From contig JBGPOV010000005.1 of assembly GCA_041488255.1 (NCBI GenBank), positions 15,246-79,245 on the forward strand: 64,000 bases of DNA, given 5' to 3'. The position numbers and the translations under genes are program-made. Of the stretch, positions 48,357-58,086 are shown in pieces (within the stretch, counting starts at the first letter, position 1; every line of letters starts with the position of its first letter). The stretch is from Gammaproteobacteria bacterium. GTDB taxonomy: Bacteria > Pseudomonadota > Gammaproteobacteria > Burkholderiales > SHXO01. Below the pieces are notes generated by a model. The model did not search any database. It saw only the letters and a list, made by a program, of their open reading frames with translations, and was not told the origin of the DNA.

Positions 48357-49396
48357 ACCAGCAAACCCATGCGGAGAGAGTCGTCGGCACGCCGTCGACG
48401 GCCGCACGCGCTCTGCGTTTCATGCAGCATCTATTCGTCAGGCTCGGCGTGCTGCCCTTCCTGCTCGTCCTGGCGCTGATCGTGTTCACCGCCCTGTCGG
48501 GGAACTTCCTGTCCACGGACAATCTGGTGAACGTCGTGCGCCAGTCCGTATACCTCACGATCGTGGCTCTGGGTCAGATGCTGGCGCTACTGACCGGCGG
48601 GTTCGATCTATCGGTGGGGACCATAGTAGCGTTGACTTCGGTGGTGGGCGCCACGGCCATGGTCGCCGTCTCGACGGCCTCGCCCGACAGCGTCTGGCTC
48701 GCGATCACGCTGGGCTGCCTGGCGGGTATTGCGGCGGGGACGCTGGTGGGCGTGACGAACGGCATAGGGGTCGCGGTGTTCAACGTATCGCCTTTCATGA
48801 TGACGTTGGGTATCGCATCCGTGGGCTTCGGCATCGCGCTGTACATGACGAGCGGCATGCCGGTGTACGGGATGCCGGCTCAGTTTGGCCGGGTGTTCGG
48901 CTTTGGGCGGTTCGTGGGCATTCCCGTGCCCGTGTTCGGCGCAGTCATCATCGTCGCACTCACCTGGGTTCTGGTGAACCGCACCGCGCTGGGCCGGTAC
49001 TTCTACGCGGTCGGGGGCAACATCAAGGCCGCGCATCTGTCCGGGATCAGCACGGGCCGCACGCTGTTCCTCACCTATACGCTGTGCGGGTTTCTCAGCT
49101 CTGTGTGCGGCATGCTGCTGACCGCGCGGCTGGAGACAGGCGAAGCCAACATCGGCCATTCCATGCCGCTCGAATCCATCGCGGCCTGCGTGATCGGCGG
49201 GGTCAGTCTGCGCGGCGGCGTGGGGCGGGTGGGCAACGTGGTGCTCGGCGCGCTGTTCATCGGGCTGGTGCAAAACGGCATGAATCTGGCCCGCATCGAG
49301 TCGTATTTGCAGACCGTTGTGCTGGGCGTGCTGCTGATCTTGGCGGTGATCGCAGACCAGCTCCGGCTGCGGATGATGGCATCCATGCGCGACTAA
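48353..49396 (+). CDS. ABC transporter permease (RbsC/branched sugar type)
   Basis: 347 aa and multi-TM. ATGA overlap with the ATPase gene. Confidence 0.85.
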   Translation: MNQQTHAERVVGTPSTAARALRFMQHLFVRLGVLPFLLVLALIVFTALSGNFLSTDNLVNVVRQSVYLTIVALGQMLALLTGGFDLSVGTIVALTSVVGATAMVAVSTASPDSVWLAITLGCLAGIAAGTLVGVTNGIGVAVFNVSPFMMTLGIASVGFGIALYMTSGMPVYGMPAQFGRVFGFGRFVGIPVPVFGAVIIVALTWVLVNRTALGRYFYAVGGNIKAAHLSGISTGRTLFLTYTLCGFLSSVCGMLLTARLETGEANIGHSMPLESIAACVIGGVSLRGGVGRVGNVVLGALFIGLVQNGMNLARIESYLQTVVLGVLLILAVIADQLRLRMMASMRD

Positions 49397-49423
49397 GCGG
49401 GGACAGTCAAAGGAGAGACGAAT

Positions 49424-50182
49424 ATGGCGATCGAAATCAACTGCGACATGGGAGAGGCCTTCGGCCTGTACAAGTGCGGCGACGACGAAGGGATCATGCC
49501 CTACATCACCATGGCCAACGTCGCGTGCGGATTCCACGCGTCGGACCCCGTGGTGATGCGAAAGACCGTGCGCCTGGCCAAGCGGCATGGAGTGCGGGTG
49601 GGCGCCCATCCTTCCTATCCGGACCTGCAGGGGTTCGGTCGACGCGAGATCAAGATGAGCCGAGACGAGCTGTCTGCTTTCCTCATCTATCAGGTGGGGG
49701 CGCTCAAGGCCTTCCTCGATGTTGAAGGCATGAAGCTAAATCACATCAAGCCGCACGGCGCGCTCTACGGCGTGGCGGCGCGCGACGAACAGGTCGCCCA
49801 CGCTGTCTGCGATGCGGCCGAGGTCTTCGGTGTGCCGCTGCTTGGCATGGCCGGCACCAAGCACGAAGAGGTGTACACCAAGCGCGGCCTGGCCTTCCAG
49901 GCCGAGTACTACACGGACCTCGACTACGGCGAGGACGGCTCGCTCATCATTACACGCGAGCATGAAGCGAAGGATCCAAGGGAGGCGGCGAGGCGCGCAG
50001 TGCGGGCTCTGCAGGAAGGCAAAGCGACCTCGATCACGGGCAAGGACATCCCGATGCGGGCCGAATGCATCTGCGTGCATTCGGATACGCCCGGCGCGGT
50101 GGAGCTGGCGAAAGCCGTGCGCGAAGCGCTGGCTCCGTTCCTCGTCAGCAGTGCCGCGCGCGCGGCGGCTGGTGCGCACTGA
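49424..50182 (+). CDS. pxpA: LamB/YcsF-family lactamase (5-oxoprolinase subunit A-like)
   Basis: 252 aa. INCDMGE, ACGFHASDP, HPSYPDLQGFGRR and IKPHGALY motifs. Confidence 0.85.
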   Translation: MAIEINCDMGEAFGLYKCGDDEGIMPYITMANVACGFHASDPVVMRKTVRLAKRHGVRVGAHPSYPDLQGFGRREIKMSRDELSAFLIYQVGALKAFLDVEGMKLNHIKPHGALYGVAARDEQVAHAVCDAAEVFGVPLLGMAGTKHEEVYTKRGLAFQAEYYTDLDYGEDGSLIITREHEAKDPREAARRAVRALQEGKATSITGKDIPMRAECICVHSDTPGAVELAKAVREALAPFLVSSAARAAAGAH

Positions 50183-50212
50183 CAGCGAGCATCGAGCAGG
50201 GAGCGGCTGCCG

Positions 50213-50812
50213 GTGCCAGCGATCCTCTACAGCGGCCCGACCAGCCCGTTCGGCCGGATGACCTGCGTGGTAGCGCTCGAACTGGATATTGCCGTGGAAG
50301 AGCGTGTGATCGACGTCTACACCGCCGAGTTTCTCGACGCGCTCAACCCATTGCGGCAGATTCCGACGCTCGTGACCCAAGCGGGTGTACCCATCTTCGA
50401 CAGCCGGGTCATCTGCAGTTATTTCGACGCTGTCTCCGGGAGAGCGACCCTGATTCCGCACGAGCGACGCTGGGAGGTCGAGACGCGCTGGGCGTTGGCC
50501 GTGGGTCTGATGGAAGCAGGGTTACAGCGCCGGATGGAAATCGTTCGGCCCGCGGCCGAACGCAGTGCCGCGACCATCGCAAAGCTGGAAATCCGAATCG
50601 ACCGAGCGCTCGCGCAGCTCGAGCGGGAGGCTGACGCATTGCGCGATGCCGGGGTGCGCATGGACTGCATCGCAACGGCGGTCGCGCTCGAATACACCGA
50701 CTTTCGTTACACGACCCAATGGCGCCAGCGTTGTTCTCACCTGCACTCCTGGCTGGACGGCTTCGCCCAGCGCCCCAGCATGATTCAAACCCGTCCCCGG
50801 GATCCGAACTGA
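50213..50812 (+). CDS. Glutathione S-transferase family protein
   Basis: 199 aa with GTG start (AGGGAG upstream). Thioredoxin-like N-domain (SPFGRM...QIPTL...DSRVI) plus helical C-domain. Confidence 0.75.
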   Translation: MPAILYSGPTSPFGRMTCVVALELDIAVEERVIDVYTAEFLDALNPLRQIPTLVTQAGVPIFDSRVICSYFDAVSGRATLIPHERRWEVETRWALAVGLMEAGLQRRMEIVRPAAERSAATIAKLEIRIDRALAQLEREADALRDAGVRMDCIATAVALEYTDFRYTTQWRQRCSHLHSWLDGFAQRPSMIQTRPRDPN

Positions 50813-50843
50813 TCAACGTGCGAACTCCCAACAGGAGCAGCCC

Positions 50844-51089
50844 ATGGCCCGTCACGAAGTTCTCTGCCCCCTTCCCGGCACCTTCTACCGAAAGCCCGCG
50901 CCGGACGCCGAGCCCTATGTCAAGGAAGGCGACACGGTCAAGGCCGGTGATACGATTGGGCTGGTGGAGGTGATGAAGCAGTTCAGCGAAGTGCAGGCCG
51001 ACGCCGCCGGCAAGGTCGTGCGATTTCTCGTGGAAAACGAGGGTACGGTCGAGCCGGGCCAGCCGCTGGTGATGATCGAGACGACTTGA
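50844..51089 (+). CDS. Minimal biotin carboxyl carrier protein (biotinyl domain only)
   Basis: 81 aa. Biotinylation motif in GLVEVMKQF. No N-terminal AccB domain. Confidence 0.8.
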   Translation: MARHEVLCPLPGTFYRKPAPDAEPYVKEGDTVKAGDTIGLVEVMKQFSEVQADAAGKVVRFLVENEGTVEPGQPLVMIETT

Positions 51090-51122
51090 GCGATCGGCCG
51101 CTCGGGTTTCCGCCGCTCCAAC

Positions 51123-52472
51123 ATGATAAAACGGCTGCTGGTGGCCAATCGCGGAGAGATTGCGGTCCGTATCATCCGAGCCGCACACGAGCTGGGCCTG
51201 GAAGCCGTCGCTGTGCACAGTGAAGCCGATCGCGACAGTCTCGCCGTGCGGATGGCCGACGTCGTAGTGCCGATCGGGCCGCCCCCGGCGGCCAAGAGCT
51301 ACCTGAACATCGATGCGCTGATCAAAGCGGCGCTCGATTCCGGCGCGGAGGCGGTGCACCCGGGATACGGGTTCCTGTCCGAGAACGCAAGCTTTGCGCA
51401 GGCGGTAGAGGGGGCCGGCCTCACCTTTATCGGTCCCGCGCCAGAGACGATCCGCATCATGGGCAACAAGTCGCTCGCGCGCGAGACGGCGGCGAAGGCC
51501 GGAGTGCCCACGGTGTCGGGGAGCGACGGCGTAGTCGCGACGCTCGACGATGCGGTGGCTTCAGCAGCCAAGATCGGCTACCCGGTGATGATCAAGGCCT
51601 CGGCTGGCGGAGGCGGGCGTGGAATACGTGTAGCCAACGATCCCGAGGAGCTGCGCAAACAGCTGAGCATGGCGCAGGCGGAAGCGCAAGCGGCGTTCGG
51701 CGATAAGAGCGTGTATCTCGAGCGCCTGATCCGGCGGGCGCGCCACGTGGAGGTCCAGATCCTGGGCGACGGCCGCGAAGTGGTGCACTGCTTCGAGCGC
51801 GAATGTTCGCTGCAGCGCCGGCGGCAGAAGATCCTCGAGGAGGCGCCTGCCCCGACCTTGTCGCAAGCTACGCGCGCGCGCCTGTGCGAATCGGCCGTGC
51901 GGTTGGCGAAGTCCGTAGGCTATCGCGGCGCCGGCACGCTCGAGTATCTCTATGACGACGAGTCGAACGAGTTTTTCTTCATCGAGATGAACACCCGCAT
52001 CCAGGTCGAGCATCCGGTGACAGAGATGGTCACAGGGGTCGACCTGGTGCGCGAAATGATCCGGGTGGCGCAGGGGTACCCGCTGCGCCTCAAACAGAGC
52101 GAGATCGAGATCCGCGGCGTCGCGATCGAGTGCCGCATCAATGCCGAGGATCCGGACAGGAACTTCATGCCCAGCCCCGGGCGCGTTTCGGAACTCAGCC
52201 TGCCCGGCGGGCCCGGCGTGCGCATGGACACTATGCTCTACTCGGGGTACACGGTGCCGCCCTACTACGATTCGCTGCTCGGTAAGCTGATCGTTCACGC
52301 CGAGGATCGTCCGGCTGCGATCGCACGCATGCGCCGTGCGCTGAAAGAGCTGCACGTGGAAGGCGTTCACACGACGCGCGCGCTGCACCTCACGCTGATG
52401 GACGAGCCGCGCTTCAAGCTGGCTCAGTTCGACACCAATTTTCTGGAAGGCTGGCTCGCGCAGCCGACCTGA
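51123..52472 (+). CDS. Biotin carboxylase subunit (AccC-like paralogue)
   Basis: 449 aa. MIKRLLVANRGEIAVRIIRA, GYGFLSEN, KASAGGGGRGIRV and EMNTRIQVEHPVTE motifs. Confidence 0.9.
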   Translation: MIKRLLVANRGEIAVRIIRAAHELGLEAVAVHSEADRDSLAVRMADVVVPIGPPPAAKSYLNIDALIKAALDSGAEAVHPGYGFLSENASFAQAVEGAGLTFIGPAPETIRIMGNKSLARETAAKAGVPTVSGSDGVVATLDDAVASAAKIGYPVMIKASAGGGGRGIRVANDPEELRKQLSMAQAEAQAAFGDKSVYLERLIRRARHVEVQILGDGREVVHCFERECSLQRRRQKILEEAPAPTLSQATRARLCESAVRLAKSVGYRGAGTLEYLYDDESNEFFFIEMNTRIQVEHPVTEMVTGVDLVREMIRVAQGYPLRLKQSEIEIRGVAIECRINAEDPDRNFMPSPGRVSELSLPGGPGVRMDTMLYSGYTVPPYYDSLLGKLIVHAEDRPAAIARMRRALKELHVEGVHTTRALHLTLMDEPRFKLAQFDTNFLEGWLAQPT

Positions 52473-52500
52473 CTTTCAACGCGGACCCAGAGGAGCAAGC

Positions 52501-53385
52501 ATGGCCATAGGAACCGCCCGCTACAGCTTAGGCGCCGACGAGCACATCTTCGTCGAGCTGTCGGAGGAGATGTCGCTCGAGGCCTTCTTCAAGGGCATGG
52601 CGATCACCACCGCGCTGGAGAAGAAGAAGGTGCCGGGCGTCACCGAGATCTGCCCCGCCAATGCGTCCTACCAGGTGAAGTTCGACCCGGACGTGACGCA
52701 CCCAAACGAGATGATGAAGCTGCTGCAGCAACTCGAGCGCGACGTCGGCAGCGTCGAGCTGGAGCTGAACACGCGCATCATCGAGATCCCGGTACTGTAC
52801 AACGACCCGTGGACGCGCGAGACGCTGATGCGTTTCCGCGAGCGCCATCAGGAGCCCAACTCCACCGACATCGAGTACGCCGCGCGCATCAACCACTTCA
52901 AATCGGTGGACCAATTCGTCGCAGCGCATAGCGGCTCTCCTTGGTTCGTGTCGATGGTGGGGTTCGTCGCCGGCCTGCCGTTCCTGTTCCAGCTGGTCGA
53001 GCGCGCCAAGCAGATCGAGGTGCCCAAGTACCTGCGCCCCCGCACCGATACACCCAAGCTCACCATCGGCCACGGCGGCTGCTTCGGCTGCATCTATTCC
53101 GTGCGCGGCGCGGGTGGCTACCAGATGTTCGGCATCACCCCGGCGCCGATCTTCGACCCGGCGCAGGGCCTGCCCTACTTCAAGGACTTCATGTGCCTGT
53201 TCCGGCCGGGCGACATCGTGAAGTTCAAGGCCATCGACCGCGATGCGTACGACCGCGCCGTCAAGCAAGTGGAGGCGGGTACCTTCGGACTTCGCATCCG
53301 CTCTGTAGGATTCGCGATGAAGAAGTTCCTGGCCGACCCCGCCGGCTACAACCATAAGCTCGAGGAGGTCCTGTATGGCAATTAA
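52501..53385 (+). CDS. Allophanate-hydrolase-subunit-1 / KipI / PxpB-family carboxyltransferase subunit
   Basis: 294 aa. CT_C_D/AHS1-like core (ICPANASYQVKFDP...IEIPVLYND...GFVAGLPFL...GGYQMFGITP). Confidence 0.8.
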   Translation: MAIGTARYSLGADEHIFVELSEEMSLEAFFKGMAITTALEKKKVPGVTEICPANASYQVKFDPDVTHPNEMMKLLQQLERDVGSVELELNTRIIEIPVLYNDPWTRETLMRFRERHQEPNSTDIEYAARINHFKSVDQFVAAHSGSPWFVSMVGFVAGLPFLFQLVERAKQIEVPKYLRPRTDTPKLTIGHGGCFGCIYSVRGAGGYQMFGITPAPIFDPAQGLPYFKDFMCLFRPGDIVKFKAIDRDAYDRAVKQVEAGTFGLRIRSVGFAMKKFLADPAGYNHKLEEVLYGN

Positions 53386-54349
53386 GGTCCTGAAGCCAGG
53401 CCTGGCGACCACCGTGCAGGATGCCGGGCGGGAGGGCTACTACAACGTCGGCATCCCGCTGTCCGGCGCGCTCGAGCAGTACTCGTTCCGCGCTGCCAAC
53501 CTGCTGGTGGGCAACGACGAAAGCGCCGCCGTGCTGGAATGCACGCTGATGGGCCCCGAGCTCGAGTTCCAGCGCGATGCGGTGATCGCCGTGACAGGCG
53601 CCGAGATGGCGCCCAAGCTCAACGGCACCGCCGCGTCCCGCAACCAGGCCATCGCAGTCAAAGCCGGGACAGTCGTGTCATTCGACTTCATGCGCACAGG
53701 CGCGCGCGCCTACATCGCAGTGGCCGGCGGCATCGACGTGCCCGTGATTCTGGGAAGCCGCTCTACCTATGGGCTGGGCGCGTTCGGCGGATTCCAAGGC
53801 CGGAAGCTGCAGGCGGGTGACGTGGTGCCGGTGGGCGCGCCCAAGGGTACGCCGAAGGTTGGGAAGCTCGTGCCGGACGGTCTCGCGATGCCGCTGCCCA
53901 AGGAGCTCGAGCTGCGTGTGGTGCCCGGCCTGTACTTCCATCGCATCACCGACGAGTCCGCGCAGAGCTTCTTCGAGGACACCTGGACCGTCGCGCTGGA
54001 AGCCGATCGCATCGGTTATCGCTACAAGCAGGGCCGGCCGCTCAAGTTCCGCGACCGCAAGCAGCCGTTCGGCGCAGGCTCCGACCCCTCCAACATCGTG
54101 GACGCCGGCTACCCCTACGGCTCGATCCAGGTGCCCGGAGGGCTGGAGCCGATCATCCTGCATCGGGACGCGGTCTCGGGCGGCGGCTACGCGATGATCG
54201 GCACGGTCATCAGCGCGGACATGGACCGCATCGCGCAGATGCAGCCGAACAACAAAGCACGATTCGTCAAGGTCGATCTCGACGCGGCCTTAGCCGCTCG
54301 AGCGGATCGCAACCAGCGCCTGCGGCGGCTGCGCGCGGCGCTGGCTTGA
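53375..54349 (+). CDS. Allophanate-hydrolase-subunit-2 / KipA / PxpC-family (biotin-dependent carboxyltransferase family) subunit
   Basis: 324 aa. [17 protein letters not shown]...GIPLSGA...GPELEF...[12 protein letters not shown]. Overlaps the previous gene by 11 nt. Confidence 0.8.
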   Translation: MAIKVLKPGLATTVQDAGREGYYNVGIPLSGALEQYSFRAANLLVGNDESAAVLECTLMGPELEFQRDAVIAVTGAEMAPKLNGTAASRNQAIAVKAGTVVSFDFMRTGARAYIAVAGGIDVPVILGSRSTYGLGAFGGFQGRKLQAGDVVPVGAPKGTPKVGKLVPDGLAMPLPKELELRVVPGLYFHRITDESAQSFFEDTWTVALEADRIGYRYKQGRPLKFRDRKQPFGAGSDPSNIVDAGYPYGSIQVPGGLEPIILHRDAVSGGGYAMIGTVISADMDRIAQMQPNNKARFVKVDLDAALAARADRNQRLRRLRAALA

Positions 54350-54443
54350 TTCCCGATTCCGTGACGACCGCAACGAGCCTGCTCGGCAGGCGGCCCGCTT
54401 CGCCTATCACGGGCCGCGCTCCGTCCACGCGGGAGGGAACATC

Positions 54444-55442
54444 ATGACCACATCGAACATTCAGGCTGCAGCCACCGCCGCGGCGCCCGTGCAGAACACC
54501 AAGCGCCGTGACACCTGGAGCGTGGATGCCGTCCTGCGCCTGTTCGAGCTGCCGTTCAGCGATCTCATCCACCAGGCGCAGTCCGTCCACCGGCAGCATT
54601 TCGACCCCAACGTGGTGCAGCTGTCCACTTTGCTCTCGATCAAGACCGGCGGCTGTCCCGAAGACTGTGCCTACTGTCCTCAATCCGTGCGTTACCAGAC
54701 CGGCGTCCAGTCTCAAGATCTGCTGCCGCTGGACGACGTGGTGGACGCGGCGCGCCGTGCGAGGGACGCCGGCGCCACTCGCTTCTGCATGGGTGCCGCC
54801 TGGCGCGGGCCGAAGGACAAGGAACTCGAGCCGGTGCTCGAAATGGTGCGCGCGGTGAAGGCGCTGGGGTTGGAAACCTGCGCCACGCTCGGCATGCTGC
54901 GGGAGGGCCAGGCGCTGAAGCTAAAGAATGCAGGCCTCGACTACTACAACCACAACCTGGACACCGCCCCCGAGTTCTACGGTGAGATCATCACCACCCG
55001 CGTGTATGGAGACAGGCTCGAAACTCTGGAGCAGGTGCGCAACGCCGGCATCCACGTGTGCTGCGGCGGCATCGTCGGCATGGGCGAAACGCGAGTCCAG
55101 CGGGCAGGGCTGATCGCGCAGCTCGCCAGCCTCGATCCTCATCCGGAATCGGTGCCGATCAACAATCTCGTCCAAGTGGAGGGTACGCCGCTCTACGGCA
55201 CTGAGCAGCTCGATCCCCTGGAGTTCGTGCGCACGATCGCGGTCGCGCGCATCACCATGCCCAGCTCTTACGTACGGCTCTCGGCGGGACGCCAGCAGAT
55301 GTCGGAAGCCGTGCAGGCGCTTTGTTTCCTGGCCGGAGCGAACTCCATCTTCTACGGGGATAAGCTGCTGACCACCGGCAACCCCGACGTGGAGCGCGAC
55401 CGCGCGCTGCTGAACAAGCTCGGCATCACTCCGCTTACCTGA
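54444..55442 (+). CDS. bioB: Biotin synthase
   Basis: 332 aa. Radical-SAM [11 protein letters not shown]. No other bio genes are adjacent. Confidence 0.95.
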   Translation: MTTSNIQAAATAAAPVQNTKRRDTWSVDAVLRLFELPFSDLIHQAQSVHRQHFDPNVVQLSTLLSIKTGGCPEDCAYCPQSVRYQTGVQSQDLLPLDDVVDAARRARDAGATRFCMGAAWRGPKDKELEPVLEMVRAVKALGLETCATLGMLREGQALKLKNAGLDYYNHNLDTAPEFYGEIITTRVYGDRLETLEQVRNAGIHVCCGGIVGMGETRVQRAGLIAQLASLDPHPESVPINNLVQVEGTPLYGTEQLDPLEFVRTIAVARITMPSSYVRLSAGRQQMSEAVQALCFLAGANSIFYGDKLLTTGNPDVERDRALLNKLGITPLT

Positions 55443-55492
55443 GTGGTACCAAGCTGACGGGAAGTTCGCTCCAGCGTCGCGCCATTTCGCCG

Positions 55493-55521
55493 GGGAAGGC
55501 GGCTGCCGGCGCCGCCTTCCC
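55493..55521. terminator. 11-bp stem-loop between convergent bioB and the serine-hydrolase gene
   Basis: GGGAAGGCGGC-tgccggc-GCCGCCTTCCC. No clear U-tract on either side. Confidence 0.4.
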
Positions 55522-55553
55522 ACGGTCACGCCGTTACAGTCAGGCGTAGCGAA

Positions 55554-56813
55554 CTAGCTCAGCGACTGATACACGGACTTTTCAAACGCGTAGAACAGCG
55601 GCAGCGATTTCGCGTCTCCAAACGGCAGCACCTGCGTCAGGTAAACCCCGCCCACGCCCTTGCGGGGGTCGATCCAGAAATAGGTGTTCGCCAATCCCGC
55701 CCAGGCCAGGCTGCCCGCCGAACGGCCGGTGGGCGCGCGCTCTTCATTGATCATGAAGCTCAGGCCCCAGTTCTTCGGCATGCCCGGGAAGAACTCTGCG
55801 TCGTTCGTCAAGGCCGGATTCGTCGTCCTGAGCATCCTGACCTTGAGGTCTCCCATGGCGTTGCGCGACATGAGGTCGACCGTCTCGGCCTTGAGTACCC
55901 GGTTACCGTTGCCCGTGCCGCGATTGAGGATCATCCGAACGAACAACAGGTAATCCCCGGCGGTCGAGTACAGGCCGCCACCGCCCATCTCGAACTCCGG
56001 TTCCTGGGGAATCTCGATATCGGTGGGGGCGAAGCGCCCGTCATCGCCTCGCATGTGAATCTTTGCCAGGCGCGAGCGCATCTCCGGCGTGATCTTGAAC
56101 GCAGTGCTGCTCATGCCGAGCGGGCTGAACAGGTTCTCCTGCAGATAAACGCCGAGACGCTGCCCGCTGACGGCCTCGACCATCTTGCCTGCCCAGTCGA
56201 TATTGATGCCGTACTCCCAGCGCTCGCCCGGATCGAAGAGCAACGGTGTCTTCAAAGCGGCGTTCTGGCAGCTGATGATGCCGGGGATTCCTTTGACCTT
56301 CTCATAACGGATGAGATCCACGCTCCACAGATCGTAGGCAAACCCGGCAGTGTGCGTGAGCAAGTGCCGCAGCGTGATCGGCCGTTTCGGGGGGCGAGTG
56401 ACCGGCTGATCGTTGCCCCAGCCTATCAGAACCTGCGCGTCCGCCAGCTCGGGCACCCAGCGGCTCGCAGGCGAATTCAGTTCGAGCTTGCCCTGCTCCA
56501 CCAGCTGCATGGCAGCGGTTCCGGTCAGCGCCTTCGTCATGGACGCGATCCAAACCACGGTATCGATCGTCATCGGGCCGTCTTGACCGAGCACGCGCTG
56601 GCCGAATGCGCCCTCATAGAGCGTCCCGTCCCGGTTGGTGGCTGTGGCGATCACACCCGGGACATCGCCCGCTTCGGCAGCGTTTCCAAGCAGCGCATCG
56701 GCGTTATCCTTCAGAGGCCCTTCGCCACGGCTTTCGCTGTAGGCCTCCTCGGCGGCCGCGCTCGCCAGCAGCGCTGCCCCAGCCTTCAGAAAGGTTCGAC
56801 GGTCGGTTTTCAT
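55554..56813 (-). CDS. Tat-exported serine hydrolase (beta-lactamase class C / EstB-like esterase family)
   Basis: ORF to 56849. ATG 56813 is preferred (GGAGGGAGGAG upstream). Twin-arginine signal DRRTFLKAGAALLASA and SxxK motif SMTK. Confidence 0.8.
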   Translation of the reverse strand: MKTDRRTFLKAGAALLASAAAEEAYSESRGEGPLKDNADALLGNAAEAGDVPGVIATATNRDGTLYEGAFGQRVLGQDGPMTIDTVVWIASMTKALTGTAAMQLVEQGKLELNSPASRWVPELADAQVLIGWGNDQPVTRPPKRPITLRHLLTHTAGFAYDLWSVDLIRYEKVKGIPGIISCQNAALKTPLLFDPGERWEYGINIDWAGKMVEAVSGQRLGVYLQENLFSPLGMSSTAFKITPEMRSRLAKIHMRGDDGRFAPTDIEIPQEPEFEMGGGGLYSTAGDYLLFVRMILNRGTGNGNRVLKAETVDLMSRNAMGDLKVRMLRTTNPALTNDAEFFPGMPKNWGLSFMINEERAPTGRSAGSLAWAGLANTYFWIDPRKGVGGVYLTQVLPFGDAKSLPLFYAFEKSVYQSLS

Positions 56814-56933
56814 TGGGCTCCTCCCTCCTTTGCTTGAACTCGTCGGCACAATCGCACGACGCCCTTTGATAATAGCGCTTCTGTCGCGGAGGAGCCGGAT
56901 CCCTCCTCGCCGCTCGCCCTCCTGGATCTGAAG

Positions 56934-58025
56934 TCAAGCCATGCTGACCACGGTCAGGTCCAGTGCACGCATGCGGGCGGCCGCATCCATGGCGGCCGGC
57001 AGCTCCGCCAAAGGAAAGCGTCGAACCGCTATCGTGTCCAAATTCAGAATGCCCGAAGAAATCATGCGGACCAGCCGTGCAGGAGCGTCCTTCGGATACA
57101 TGAAATTGCCGATCACCGACCAGTCGTTGGCAAGCATTGCTCCCACGCTGATCGAGAGCGGCTGGCTCACGCTGCCCATCAACACCAGGCAGCCTCCGCG
57201 GCGCAGCGCTCCGAGCGTGGCCGTGGTCGACGCGGCGCTCTGCGCCCGGCCCACGATATCCAGCGCGAAGCTCGCCGCCCCGTCGCTCGCCTCGCGCAGC
57301 GCCCGGGTATCGGCAGCCACGTCGCCCGACAGCGTGACGATCCGCACACGGGATCCTCCGGCTTTTGCTACCACATCGAGCGCCGCCCGGTCGCGTCCGG
57401 CGGCGGCCACGAGCGCCGCTCCCATCGCGAGGGCGACGAGCACGCCCGCGGAGCCGAAATAGCCGCTGGCACCATTGACGATCGCGACTTCTCCGGCCCG
57501 GAATCCCGCGCGCAGAAACCCTCCGTATGGAACGACGAACTTGCCCATCGCCGCGAGCCGCTCACCGGGCAAGCCGTCTAGGCCAGTCAGAGGCGTGGCG
57601 CAGGCAGCAGGGACAGACGCGAAGGCGGCGAACACCCCGTCGGGCCAATCCCTCTGGAGGGCAAGCGGCTCGGGCGGCATATCGTCGAAGCGCGACGCGC
57701 CCATGGCCGTGAGACCGATCAGGACTTGAGCAGGACTGCCCACTCGCTCGTCGACAGCATAGTGCGGATTGAGCGATACCCGATCGCCCGGCTTGATGTG
57801 ATACACGCCCACGCCAGCCGCCTCGACGATTCCCACTCCGTTGGTTCCAGGAACAAACGGGAAGGCCGGCATCGCGTACCCGAGCGAGCCATCGATGACT
57901 TGTTTCATGTAACTGAGCACCGGCGCCGCTTCCATTCGCACGACGATGCCGCCAGGCCTCGGCTGCGGATTATCGACTTCCTCGAGCACGAGCCTCCCTG
58001 GCCCGTGGAGCCGCCAAGCTTTCAC
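56934..58025 (-). CDS. Medium-chain (zinc-type) alcohol dehydrogenase / quinone oxidoreductase family protein
   Basis: 363 aa with GTG start. MDR fold with GASGYFGSAG nucleotide-binding loop. Confidence 0.75.
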   Translation of the reverse strand: MKAWRLHGPGRLVLEEVDNPQPRPGGIVVRMEAAPVLSYMKQVIDGSLGYAMPAFPFVPGTNGVGIVEAAGVGVYHIKPGDRVSLNPHYAVDERVGSPAQVLIGLTAMGASRFDDMPPEPLALQRDWPDGVFAAFASVPAACATPLTGLDGLPGERLAAMGKFVVPYGGFLRAGFRAGEVAIVNGASGYFGSAGVLVALAMGAALVAAAGRDRAALDVVAKAGGSRVRIVTLSGDVAADTRALREASDGAASFALDIVGRAQSAASTTATLGALRRGGCLVLMGSVSQPLSISVGAMLANDWSVIGNFMYPKDAPARLVRMISSGILNLDTIAVRRFPLAELPAAMDAAARMRALDLTVVSMA

Positions 58026-58086
58026 ATCAGCTTCCCTTCGTGCCTATCGTTCTCATTTTCTCCCCTTCTGACAGTACCGGACTCGG

